Source: the human T2T-CHM13v2.0 reference genome, Homo sapiens. Taken from it: a DNA stretch of 64,000 nucleotides. The DNA is taken from assembly GCF_009914755.1 (NCBI RefSeq), contig NC_060927.1; one strand, written 5' to 3'. The translations under genes and the position numbers were made by a program. How positions within the stretch are numbered: position 1 is the first letter of the stretch; every line of letters begins with the position of its first letter. This document shows positions 30,680 through 43,590 of this stretch, piece after piece. A model generated the notes under the pieces. The model saw only the letters and a program-made list of their open reading frames with translations. It had not been told where the DNA came from and searched no databases.

Positions 30680-31030
30680 CTGAAGGGTGAGATCCCAGAA
30701 ATAGTCCTCAAACAACATTGCAGAGCTGGCCTGATAAGGAAACTGCTGCTGCTGCTGTGGCCACTGAGCACAGAGGTACCCAGCTTCCACCTCCACCCAC
30801 ACCAGGAGCAAGAAGCAAGATCTCACTGATCACCCATAAAACTCACCTCCAATTCAAACTCTTGCATGGGTATGTTTATTGAGTGGGACTTAAGTTACAT
30901 GTGCATACACTGGCAATAAAAATTTTTATTTTATTTTATCTTCGGAAAGATAATTAACAACATGAGAATGTGGGGAACTGTTACAATAAGGGTGAAAATA
31001 ATTTAAAATGTTTTGGGTAGCCACAAATGG
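30680..31030 (-). mobile_element. Possible old MLT1 (K-N type) LTR fragment
   Basis: GGGTATGTTTATTGAGTGGGACTTAAGTTACATGTGC resembles the MLT1 GATTGG..CCTAGGTCACATGCC motif. Confidence 0.4.
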
Positions 31031-32469
31031 CAAGTGCCTATTTCTATGTAACAACCCAAACTTTATTAGCATTGCCAGATTTTAGTTTTGAAATACATTC
31101 ACTATTTATAATATATAAACATCTTCCTACAATTATATGATGATCATCAATGCTGGTTCTTATAAAGCGTAACACATTCGAGGTGCCAGGGAACTGCAGT
31201 AACGTGATCTCCTCTAGGGAAAGTCATAAAATACTTTTTCTATTGTTAATTCGTAAGTAGTGTTATCTTGAAGTTTAGCTATAGTATATATTACACTGTC
31301 TTTCTCCCATCAACTAGTGCTAATGGTGCTTAAAAATAGCCTAAACTAAATATTCATAATAGAAAAAGTAACCAAGTATTTTTTAAAGTAACCACTTGTA
31401 TAATTTTAAGTCCAATAAGAAAATGTCTATGTAAATATTGCCAGTGTTAGCTTTTCTTGTGAAGGATATAAAGTATTCATAATCTTGTCTTGATGTGTTC
31501 TAAACTGCCTTCACTGCTCCTCTTCTCCTCTATACTCGCAGTAACATTTGTTTTAAGTGAGTCAGCTGAGATGAAAATATTAGCTTATTTCACCAGTGAC
31601 CTAATTTTGAACAATACTGGAAAACAAGACATGCTGGGTAATGAAAAAGACTGCTTCCAATTGTTCTCTCTCTGAACCATTCTGGATGGCATTCTCTTAG
31701 CAGAATTGTTGGAAAATTATAGGAAAGTTTAAAAGATAACCACAAAAGAAAACCTGGCAGAGGAATAGCATGCAGGAAGTAGTCAGTAGTTGCTTCTCCC
31801 TTCAACTTTTCTCTTTAGTCCCTTCTCAGTCTGATTCAGAAAATGGTGATTGCCTGTCTTTCTACCTGCTGGGAGTTTGCTGAGCCTTGTGGTGAGTAAC
31901 CTCAGTTTGCTGCCCTCCAGTCATTTACAGACAGTGTAGTAAACATTTATTTCCAAAACAGGTGGTATGAGCCGTGAGAAGACATGCATACGTACAGAAG
32001 TTCACATATGAAAGAAGGAAGTAATTAGCGTTTTTTCCTTCAAAGAATAGGTGGTGCCTCAGCAATGTCTTGACAGGTAAGTAGGAACTCAATAATCCAG
32101 GAACATATGATACATCAGTAAAATCAATTTTCCCAGTGAATTGTCCCTTATCGGTCGCAAAACCTAGGAGACTTTGTAAAACCAGATAGCCTGCGAACTA
32201 CTGGTGTATATATTAATCATTTTACATAGATTTGAGTGATTCTGGCTCCTTTAAAATCATATCATATAGACTGATCTCTTCATTCAGCAGCTGAAGCATA
32301 ATACTCTTAAATTAGTTCAATGAGAAAAAAATAGCCCTGATTTTCCTGTTTAATATAAAAGAGAGAGAGAAAGAAGTTGTATCGAAGCCATGACCACTCA
32401 GGGAAGAGTGGTTTCTTGCCACTCATAGTGTTAAGTACACAATAAATGCTTATTGAAAGTATACATCTC

Positions 32470-32810
<341 letters not shown>

Positions 32811-33268
32811 CTAGGATGGAGAATAGGGATAGCTTGAAGGAGGCTTAGCTGTGCGGGGACAAGATAACAAATGTAAGATTATTTCAAGTGGAAATTAAAA
32901 TGAATATGGCATAGAAATCCAAAGACAATAGGAACAAATACGTATGAAACTAATAGGTTATTTTTTTCATCAAGGGAATGGAAAATTAAGATTAGTTCTG
33001 ATCACAGAATTGCAAAGTAGCATACAAAGGGAAAAGCTTAGTTGATAGGGCAATAAGCAAAGTAAGTTTTCAGTGGTTTTTTAGCAGATATTTATTTAAA
33101 CTATAAGAGTATCTCTCCACTCTGAAATTTCCAGTATTCTGTGGTCATCCTTTCTGTTGTTATCTAAACTAAATATTCTAGGTTCTTATTAGGCATGATG
33201 TTACATAATCCAGCCACCTCATAAATATTTTTGAGGAGCTTCCTGTGTTTTTTGTCACTTGTCACGTG

Positions 33269-33407
33269 TAAGACTACCATACATGGTCAATAGATTTGTG
33301 TATTGTATACCACACAATTCCAAGGGCACAACTCACTGGAATTGGTATTCACTGTCCTCCCGGAGTTGTACAATGGACACTGTGCATAACTGTACATAGC
33401 AGTCCTG
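33269..33407. mobile_element. MER91-like hAT MITE
   Basis: Imperfect inverted ends (AGACTACCATACA.../...TGTACATAGCAGTCCTG) and a GGAGTTGTACAA core. Confidence 0.5.
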
Positions 33408-33602
33408 CAGCTCTCATCTCAAACCTCCTCCCTCAGCTTTTGTGTGATCCCCTCTCCTGTATTGCTACGCATCATCCCTGCATCTTCAAGCATGTCTGCC
33501 TCACCTCCCATCCAAATATGGACATGCTACCTCCCTTTAGACATCTAAACCATTGGCTGCAGTCTAAAAATTTTTGCTCTGAACTTTGTGGTATCAAAAG
33601 AT

Positions 33603-33680
33603 TATATATATACATATATATGTATATATATCACATTCTCTGTGTGTGTGTGTGTCTCTTACACATACATACACACACAT
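33603..33680. repeat. (TA)n/(TG)n/(CA)n microsatellite
   Basis: Direct reading. Confidence 0.8.
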
Positions 33681-35085
33681 AAAGCTTAAAATTCCGTATC
33701 AATAGCACATCCACTATTCCTAAAAAATTGTTCATTGTTTTTTTGCTTTTCAAATAGAGTCCAAACTTTCAGCCTTATAAACCAAAAAGAACAAATTAGC
33801 AAGCAAAACAATTATAATGACAAACATTTTCTATATATAAATGATGTATGATAGGCATTGTTCACAGAAAGGTACCTGGGAAACTACAAAGTAATTAATT
33901 TTGAGAGTTTGAGTTTTGTGTTATGAGTTCATCATGACTCCAAAAGGTGCTACTAATATTTATTTATTCATAATTCTAACTTTAAGCTGGGGTGTCAGAC
34001 TTGGAAGCAAAGAGATTGAGTTTCTGGAAGAAATCCAGAAATTCTGGCTGTTCTCAGTTTACCTTGCGAGAAACTCAGACTAGCAGAGCAAGACAAGGGC
34101 ATGTGCATAGGAGCAGTTTCAATTGTCTGAGTTGGCATGTTGATAAGTTTAGAATTCTGAATAAATATTATTAGAAAACCTTTGCTAGCTCTCTTCCTTG
34201 CAGTTGGACAGGACAAAGAAAAATCAAGGGCATAGTCATAGCTAAGTAGGAATACAAAGTTGTGAATGCATGGCTTGCACTTCCAACCTGTCTGCAACTA
34301 TGCTCAACTTTTGAAGATTCCTGCCTAGTAGTCTATGATTCTAGCCTCCATATTCAATATGCAGTCCAGAATATAAATCATTAATTGAAGTTGTGTTATG
34401 GACTAAAGGAGAGTAATCCATTTACCAATGTATATAATATATAAAATACTTTGTGTATCTTCATGTGGTGATTCTAAAATATTTATTGCCTCCATCAGAT
34501 TTACTTAAAAAATGCAGTTTGAAGGAATAAATGTTTACAGATGAAGGATGATTAAGCAGATAGACTAGTATCGTCATGTTTTGGTGATCTCAACTCTGGA
34601 ATATCAACAAACCAACTCCTTGGTAATTGTTAGTTGCAAATGGGCCATCTTTGAAATCAGTCACTCTAACTATAAAGAGGTCTGCTTCCCCCTGCTGGAA
34701 GCATCCAATAGCTGCACTTAATCCAGCAATCTTTTTAATGACGTCACCATTGATAGGAACTGCTCGCTCACATTTATTAAGTGCTTACTCAATAAATGGG
34801 TTTGGTATAAAAAATGATAATAAAATGTCCCTTTTCTCTTGTGCATGACAAAATCTTTCTTATGACTCCCGGAGATGTGACTATAATTCTGTCTAGACTT
34901 CTCCTTGACCACGCCATGTGTGCTAATACACAAGCCTAAGAAACAATACGGTTTGATGCTCTAAGACTTGAAAAGTGCTTTGTTGGCTTCTGGGCAATCG
35001 TCCCACATCTTTCCCTTCTTGCAAAACCCGCAATCACATGCAGAATCTCCAGGTTCTCAAAGAGGAGAAATCCTTATTTTCTTTT

Positions 35086-35558
35086 CTTTTTTTTTTTATG
35101 TTTTTTTAAATTATTTTTTTTTATTATTATACTTTAAGTTTTAGGGTACATGTGCACAATGTGCAGGTTACTTACATATGTATACATGTGCCATGCTGGT
35201 GTGCTGCACCCACTAACTCGTCATCTAGCATTAGGTATATCTCCCAATGCTATCCCTCCCCCTTCCCCCACCCCACGACAGGCCCCAGAGTGTGATGTTC
35301 CCCTTCCTGTGTCCGTGTGTTCTCATTGTTCAATTCCCACCTGTGAGTGAGAATATGCGGTGTTTGGTTTTTTGTTCTTGCGATAGTTTACTGAGAATGA
35401 TTTCCAATTTCATCCATGTCCCTACAAAGGACATGAACTCATCATTTTTTATGGCTGCATAGTATTCCATGGTGTATATGTGCCACATTTTCTTAATCCA
35501 GTCTATCATTGTTGGACATTTGGGTTGGTTCCAAAGTGCTGGGATTACAGGCATGAGC
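35086..35558 (-). mobile_element. Chimeric retro-insertion: about 28 bp of Alu 5' arm fused to an L1PA3 3' end
   Basis: Poly(T), L1 3'UTR and ORF2 end run to ...GGTTGGTTCCAA, followed by AGTGCTGGGATTACAGGCATGAGC. TSD CCTTATTTTCTTTT at 35072-35085 and 35559-35572. Confidence 0.92.
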
Positions 35559-37576
35559 CCTTATTTTCTTTTTCTAAATGTCCTATCACTTTTCTTATCC
35601 ATCATTCCTTTTGTATTTCTTTTCTGTCACAGAAATCTTCAGTGTCTGGCGGAGGCCTTTCTTCTTGAACCAATTACATGTTTGTTTACCATAACACATT
35701 TTATAAGAATAAAAATACCTGACTCCTTCCTTATATCTATGTGTGTATATTTTATGTATATATTAATTATTCCACATAACCGGAGTCAATGAAAGACAAT
35801 TTTACAAAACAATTTTTTACAAAACCCTTAAATAAATTCATCAAATTTTACATATCTATGGTATGTCTTAATACTTTATGAACAAGTTTAGAATAATGTC
35901 ATGATTTGAAACTGAAGTTAATAAACATAGTGACTGTGAATAGCTACTGAAGCTTCTGATTAAGTAACATATCATAATTATGGCTGGTCGCCATTTGGAT
36001 GTTTTCCAATTGTCATCAGGAAATGAGGTGTATCCTCAGGAAGATAATTAAAAGAAAATTGTTATATAATTTTCTAGGACAGTAATAAAGACTCACAGAT
36101 AATGAATATTGAAGACAAATTGGTGCTTTGCAATTAAGTTTGTTTTCCAAATCAAGTTTGTGTGTTACAGAAGGAGGTTCACTTTGGAGAGTGAAATTTC
36201 TAAGATGAAACATATCTCTGGCGATTCATGGCAGATAGGAAAAACAAGACCATTCTTAGTTTTGAGATTTCCAAAGAGTAATATCACATGGGGACAGTTT
36301 TATTAAAAATACAGCAGTTTTGGATTTTTCAGTCCTCAGATGAAGATTGGTGTTCTTTATAAAGTTCTGCTCCAACTTACAGAAAAGTTGTGAAGATAAT
36401 GTTTTGTTTCATTTGACTATTCCTTGGTCAGAACTTACTATGTTTTATAGTAGTATTGTCTATTGGTGACCTTGAATTTGATTTCACAATTTTCACACTG
36501 CCACATATTAAATTTCGTAGTACAGATACCAGGATTCAAAACAAGTGAGGATCTAATACTGGGAGATCAGAACCCAAAGTCAAAAAATATCTCAAATTAC
36601 TTTGACAGTCTCATGCAGGAGACTTCTGTTCTCTCTGTGAGATTCTTAGCTCTGTTATCATACATAACACTATTTTAATCAAGCCAAAGCCTGATAAAAA
36701 TCAGCAAAGATCATTTGCACTGTATTTTGGCCTAATTTGGCAGTTAAAATTGGTCAATGGATGGTGACACAAACAATTCTTGGAGAGTCTAAGACTCGCT
36801 ATGTTCTCTGATGGCAATTCTTTTTTAAATGTATATATTTTGTTAACATTTCATTATGGTTTTAGTTAGTTTGTTTTTTAGTCTGTATACTCAAGGACTA
36901 TGATTTCCATATCAGAATTTTCTTTTCATTTTTGACAAGTCTTTTTAACTTTGCATAAACTAGATTAATGGTAATTGCAAATAGTTTAAAAACAGTAAAT
37001 AGAAAATCAAGGGCTAAGATATGCAGTACACATAATTTTAAAAAATTGATTAGGCATCCCTATTATCTGAAAAATTACATAACTCTTTATTTGGCTTTTT
37101 AATGTAAAATTAGAAATTCTAAGAAAGTTTATATTTACCAAATTAAAATTTAGTTTTATTTTTTTAAACTCAACTTTATGTGAATACTCTGATTTAAATG
37201 ACCATACCTCTTTATGAAAAGGAATGGCAGATCTAACATACTATATACATTGCTAATGTTTGGAGAGCACTTGTGTCTATAAAGAAGTATCAATGTTAAA
37301 GGAAAATACTAAGAAGAAGACTAAAATGTAAAAAATACTATCTTATTTTCTTAGCTTAAGGTATTTTAATAGGCTGTTACTAATTATGGCTATAACTACA
37401 TGTGTCAACGTTTTTGCTAAAGAATAACACATTATGGCTGAACAAAAATTGTTCAACATTATATGTGAAAATAGGTATTAATTGAACCATTTTGGCTAAT
37501 ATAACCATTTCTTGAAATTATTACTTATATTTGTGGCTTCTATTGTTCTACCCCTCACAATTAAATGGGGGTTTCA

Positions 37577-37780
37577 ACATGGTGACTACAGTTAATAAGT
37601 TTTTCTTGAAAATTGCTAAGAGAGTACATTTTAGGTGTTTTCATCATGAAAAATAATAAGTATGTGAAGTAATTCACACATTAGCTCAATTGAGCCATTC
37701 CACAATGTATACATATTTGAAAACGTGTTGTACATGACAAATATATATCTTTTATGTAAATTAAAATAAAGAAATAAATA
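37577..37780 (+). mobile_element. L1MA6/7-type 3' end
   Basis: CATGGTGACTACAGTTAATAA...GAAAATTGCTAAGAGAGTA...GCCATTCCACAATGTATACATATTT. Confidence 0.85.
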
Positions 37781-37789
37781 TTTTGTTTT

Positions 37790-38370
37790 CTTAAATACCC
37801 AGAAAATTTGACTCCTAGTAAAATTTTACTGTTTCTTATCTATACCTCTAGGGTCCATCCAGTACCCAAATTATTTATCATGTATGTGCATAATGAGATA
37901 CAACCAAGAATGTACATTGCCAGTTTATAATAGCCAAATTTGAGAAATGAATAAATTATGGTATATATATAAAATAGAATAAATGAAGCCTTTGAAATGT
38001 ATGATCTGAATGTATCAAGTTGGAAACATAATATTGAAAGGAGAAAAGTGATATGCACAGTAAGATGCTATGTATATGAATTTTTTAATACAAAAATATA
38101 GACATAATGCATGCTATTGTACACAAATACACATATTTTGCAAGATATTAGGTCTTTCTGTAAAGAGATTGGCAATAATGATTGGATTAAGTGTGGCTTT
38201 TAACTATATTAGTAAAATTTTACTTCTCTTAATTTCTACCCCAAAAATGATCTAAAGAAACAAAATGACAAAATAGTAATGTACATTACATTTTAGTGAT
38301 AAGAAAGTCTTAGTATCTAAACTCTTTGGATGTTTGCAATGTTTCATAATTTTCTAAAATAATAAGTTAT
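37790..38370 (+). mobile_element. L1ME 3' fragment
   Basis: AAGAATGTACATTGC...GAATAAATTATGGTATAT...AAACATAATATTGA motifs. Confidence 0.6.
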
Positions 38371-38500
38371 ACTGGATGTGCTCAAGAGATATAGATAGGA
38401 AAGATAGCCACATTTTACTGGAAATTAAATTTTTGGCCTTCCCAAGGAAGACTTTCAAAACAACCTTATATGAATGAATTGAGCTGATTGAAAAGTTACT

Positions 38501-39415
38501 GGCTGGGCACAGTGGCTCACATCTGGGAGGTGGATGCTGGTGGATTGCTTGAGCTCAGGAGTTTCAGACCAGCCTAGGCAACGTGGTGAAACCACATCTC
38601 TAACATTGCCACTTTTGAAAACAGTCTGGCAGTTTCTCTAAAAGCTAAAGCTAGAGTATGATCCAGTAATATCACTCCTAGATATATACCCAATAAAATT
38701 AAAAACATATGTACACACAATAATTGTATACAAATATGGAAACATTATTTAAATATCCAAAAAGTGGAAACAACCCAAATATCCATCAACTGATGAATAG
38801 ATAAAAAGTTGTGGTATATACATATAATAGAATACTATTCAGCAATAAAAAAGATTGAACTTCTGACATATGATACATTGTAGATGAACCTCAGATCATG
38901 CCAAGTAAAATAAGCCAGATACAAGAGACCACATATTGTATGATTCCATCTATATAAAATGTCCATAAAAAGCATGCTAATCAAGACAGAGTGTAGATTA
39001 ATGGTTGCCTTGGAATGGGCATGAGAAAAAGATTAAATGTTAATAGGCATGAGGGATATTATTTAAAGGATAAAATTGTTCTAAAATTTAGTTATGGTGA
39101 TGTCTGACCCACTCATTAAAGTTAATAAAAATCATTGACTTGTATACATGAAATTACGGATGATTTTTATAATATGTAGACTATTCCTCAATAAAGCTGT
39201 TTTAAACAATAAAAATAAATTTAAAAAAAATACCAAAAAAAAAAAAGCCAGGTGTGATGGCATGTGCCTGTGGTTCCAGCTACTCAGGAGGCTGAGGTGG
39301 GAGGATTACTTGAGTCCAGGAGGTTGAGGCTGCAGTGAGCCATGATCATGTCACTACACTCTAGCCTGTATGACAGAGAGAGACCCTGTCTAAAAAACAA
39401 AAACAAAAACAAAAA
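38501..39415 (+). mobile_element. AluJ split at the linker (left arm 38501-38602; linker and right arm 39223-39415)
   Basis: GGATTGCTTGAGCTCAGG and GAGGCTGCAGTGAGCCATGATC. TSD AAGTTACT(G) at 38493-38501 and 39418-39426. Confidence 0.9.
38603..39222 (+). mobile_element. L1MB8-type 3' end inside the AluJ
   Basis: GAAACAACCCAAATATCCATCAACTGATGAAT; GATTAATGGTTGCC; GGCATGAGGGAT; CCTCAATAAAGCTGTT followed by an A-rich tail. Confidence 0.85.
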
Positions 39416-39461
39416 AGAAGTTACTGAATGTCCTGTGACTTGAAATGTTGACTAGGTTAAA

Positions 39462-39745
39462 GCAATGTTTCCCCTAGTGTGCTCCTGCAAACACCAGTTT
39501 TATATGATTTTTAAAGTATTATCTGAAAAAGGATTGCATGGCCAAATAAATTGAAAAAACTTTGGGTAAGCAGATAATAATACATTGTATTGTTCAAGAG
39601 ATCTCAGTTTTTGATGTGCTATATATTGTGCATTTTCAAGAAAAAAGCAGAGCATATAGAATGTGCAGAATTAATTGATCATGAGGCTTTGTTGTGTGTT
39701 TGTGATGTCTTTGGAAGTTTTCCCACCGAACATATGTTGAGGCTT
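39462..39745. mobile_element. Possible hAT-Charlie MITE remnant
   Basis: CAATGTTTCCCCTAGTGTGCTCC...AACAC terminal-like motif. Confidence 0.4.
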
Positions 39746-39802
39746 ATGAAACTTGAGGATTACTTGTCAGGGAATGAATAGAGAGAATTTCAACAAAGGA
39801 TG

Positions 39803-40346
39803 TGTAAGAATTAAAGAAAAAGGAGAGAAACACGAAGGATGGCTTTTCAGTCAACAGGGACAGGTTTATTTTAAATAAACCTGAGACGGGCAGCTGGCAC
39901 ACCCTCTTACAGATTGTTTTTAAGGATTTAGGGTGGGAGAGTTTATCAGAGGCTTGGACTGCTTCTGTGTCTCTTTGTTGTGCTTATCTGGGAGGGAGAG
40001 TTGTGTGTCTGTTCCCATACGTCTTTCCGCAGTCGCAGGCATATCCCCCCGAGTCGGCTTTTAGCTTCCCTATCTTAGTGCACCTGAAGGGAAAGGAATG
40101 TGCTTATTAAGGCCCACTGTTTTACTGGGGCCCATTGTGTAAGGGTGAAATTTGGCAGTTACCTGAGAGACTGTCCCCTCACCCCTCTCTGCGCCCCGAG
40201 CTGTCTCGTCTGTGTTTTACTGTCTGCTCCTTCTGGCTGCTTGTCGTGAGAAGAGAAGGGATTACCTTGAAATGCAAAGGCTAGAAAGGGAGCGGGACTT
40301 AAAGTGGCGGTATTTGTCCAAGATGACAGGTGCTCCTGCTCTGTCA
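39803..40346 (-). mobile_element. ERV1 solo LTR (LTR19-like)
   Basis: The minus strand begins TGACAGAGCAGGAGCACC and ends TTCTTACA. Perfect 5-bp TSD GGATG at 39798-39802 and 40347-40351. Confidence 0.85.
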
Positions 40347-40443
40347 GGATGGATGGCTGAACTAGACAATGGACAAATCTGAGAACTTAATGCAGCATCT
40401 ATTATGTGCAATGGACTTTATGAAATGTAGAAAAACAAAATAA

Positions 40444-40840
<397 letters not shown>

Positions 40841-41699
40841 TATCCTTATCTTAATAATATCCCACCTAATGAATATGTTGGGTTTGCGCTCCTGACAAGT
40901 GTGACAAGAGAGTAGTTAAAAGTAATTTCTTCTGGTATCTAAAAGGCAGTGAATCTCAAAGTGTAATTTAACTTTATGTTCCACTATTTTTCTCTTCTGT
41001 GGATTAATAGCCTTCATTAGAAAAGTGATTTCCCACTTCTATGTTGCAGTACCCAATGCCACTCACCACCTCCTGATACCTCCAATATAATATGTTTTGA
41101 GAATTTTTAGGTTAAGCAAAGGCTTCTAATATTATTAGGGGTTTTGCATAGTTTTTATTTATCCAACAACTTTACAAACTCTGTCTTGAATATGTTAAAC
41201 ATAGTTATTAAATTTTTAAAATGATTGCTTTATGACTATTATCTAGCAGATCAAAATATTGTTGAACTAATTTCTTAGCAGTCCAAATGATGTATTTACA
41301 CATCCTCACAATCAACTTATTTGCCTGAGTGAAAACCACCTTTTAATATATTAATGTATGAAGTCACCATCTGTCAATTGTTAATTTATTCATTTAAAAA
41401 TTATCTACTTTACTGGTAAAGTTATGGGGATTATTTGTGTCCACGTGTGGTATGTGTCCGTATGATATATTACAAAAAGAATTTTCTAATATCAGTTTGG
41501 TTAAGATACCAGGACAAAACCAACACTTATTAACAACTTCCATTATCCAAGTCCAGGAATTTGTAACTGATTCTGCCAATAATTTCCAACTACTTAAGAA
41601 AAAGTAAAGAACTCTCTAGAAATTTGAAAGCAATTAAAAATTAAACATTTCCTTACTGTATTCCCCTAAAATTAAAGTAAAGTGGAGGGATGTGGAGCT

Positions 41700-42560
41700 T
41701 TCAAGAGAATCTCTTAGAGAGCTTGAACTTTCTAGTCTCCAAGAATGTTGGAAATGTGGGAACTAATAAATTACTAACATTGAAAACAAAATAAAAGGAA
41801 GGATTGTCTGGAGTACCCTGCTTGGTGACAGGAAGGAAGAGTTTTTGTGCAAAAGACTCAACTTTAGGGGTTGATAGGGCAAAAGCATATGTATGTTTTT
41901 TATAAGTAGTATTTGCATCTTCTGGACAGATGTTGACTTAGGATCATTCTAAAGAAACGTTAACCATGAAAACTGCATGCAAGGGGTGTCCACAAAAAAG
42001 GGGTCAACCTAGAAGCAAGATTCAGAGGAAATTGTGCAAGCAGCTGCATTCCCAGAAAAGCTCATATCCTCATGATGGCCACTATAGGACATTTCAAAAC
42101 AAACCCACAAGAGCACTTCCATGGGAGCTTTGATAAAAAACAACAGCCCAGAATGGAACAAGAGTAGATGATAACTGTGAAAACCTCATAGAATTTTGCC
42201 CTCTCCTTTTCTCCCTCCTCATACTTTCTGAGGCAGACCTGGTGGAAGCAGAAGCAGGCCTGTGAGGGGGAAAAAGGGGTCAGAAGAAGGTGGAGAACCT
42301 TCCAGGTTTGACCCTTTCTAGCCTGTATCCTACAGTAGCTGGGGGATCAGAAATTTGGAGGCAAATAAAAGTCTGAAGTTTATGTATTTTTATGAGGTGC
42401 ATTTATCATTATCTGAAAATGAGACTGTTTATCTTTCAGAATAAGGAAAAAGACTAATTTGCTTGCAATACATGACAAAAATTAGATAACAGAGTCAGTT
42501 TAAGGGGACATTGTGAAAAACAATAAAATTACTTTTTTCTTGAAGCTTACCAAACTTCAA
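41700..42560 (+). mobile_element. Possible ancient Gypsy-type LTR (MamGypLTR-like)
   Basis: CTGAAAATGAGACTGTTT and TTTAAGGGGACATTGTGAAAAACAATAAAATTAC resemble the recalled 3' part of the consensus. The 5' boundary is a guess. Confidence 0.35.
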
Positions 42561-42766
42561 TAAAATAAGTACATGTAAGATTAAAAGAAATGAAGATAGT
42601 AACTTGATTTGGCATCATTTAAATGACATCATTCAATCAAACTTAAATAGCATGAAATTTGACTTTCATAAATTTAAAAATAAATTATAGTATAAATAAA
42701 TGATAGTGAATTTTCAGTTTCCTTAAATATTATTAAAACAATGTCTAGCACAGAGCAGATGCTCTT

Positions 42767-42827
42767 GAGAGAGAGAGAGAGAGAGAGAGAGACAGAATCT
42801 CACTGTGTCGCCCAGGCTGGAGTACAT
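42767..42827 (-). mobile_element. Tiny Alu 3' fragment plus (GA)n, within an L2 3' end
   Basis: GAGACAGAATCTCACTGTGTCGCCCAGGCTGGAGTACA. The flanks rejoin as L2 GCACAGAGCAGATGCTC|AGTAAATATTT. Confidence 0.75.
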
Positions 42828-42915
42828 CAGTAAATATTTTGGAATAAATATTTTTAAATGGCTGAAACAATACATGTTTAATGGCAAAAAGTAAAGAATA
42901 AGAAGTTATTGCTCT

Positions 42916-43205
<290 letters not shown>

Positions 43206-43339
43206 AAGTTATAGCTCAAAATCTTGCTAATAGTACCATTTTGTTTTTGTCCTTAGTCTTTCTATGAACACTAATTATTTCACATATATTATCATATTTT
43301 TAATCATATTACTTTTGGAGCTTTATTTTATAACAAGTT

Positions 43340-43590
43340 TGAAAATGTTATTTTTTAAATTGAGAACTGAAATCTCTAAGTTTCACACCAATGTATTTTA
43401 ATTATTTCAAATTCCAATTATAATTCCTAATACTGGTTAAAACCAAATATATTGACAAAAGAGATTCTGAAAATGTTATTTTTTATTAAAATCTGAGATC
43501 TCTAAGTTTCACACCTATGTATTTCAATTTCCAGTTATAAATAATTCCTAGTACTGGTTAAAACCAAATATATTGACAAAAGAGAGTCTG
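43340..43590. repeat. Tandem duplication of an approximately 125-bp unique AT-rich unit (2 copies)
   Basis: Both copies contain GAAAATGTTATTTTT, ATCTCTAAGTTTCACACC and TACTGGTTAAAACCAAATATATTGACAAAAGAGA. Confidence 0.92.

Noticed and set aside
33296-33682. 128-aa ORF
   Set aside because: Non-ATG start, and it runs through a MITE remnant and a microsatellite.
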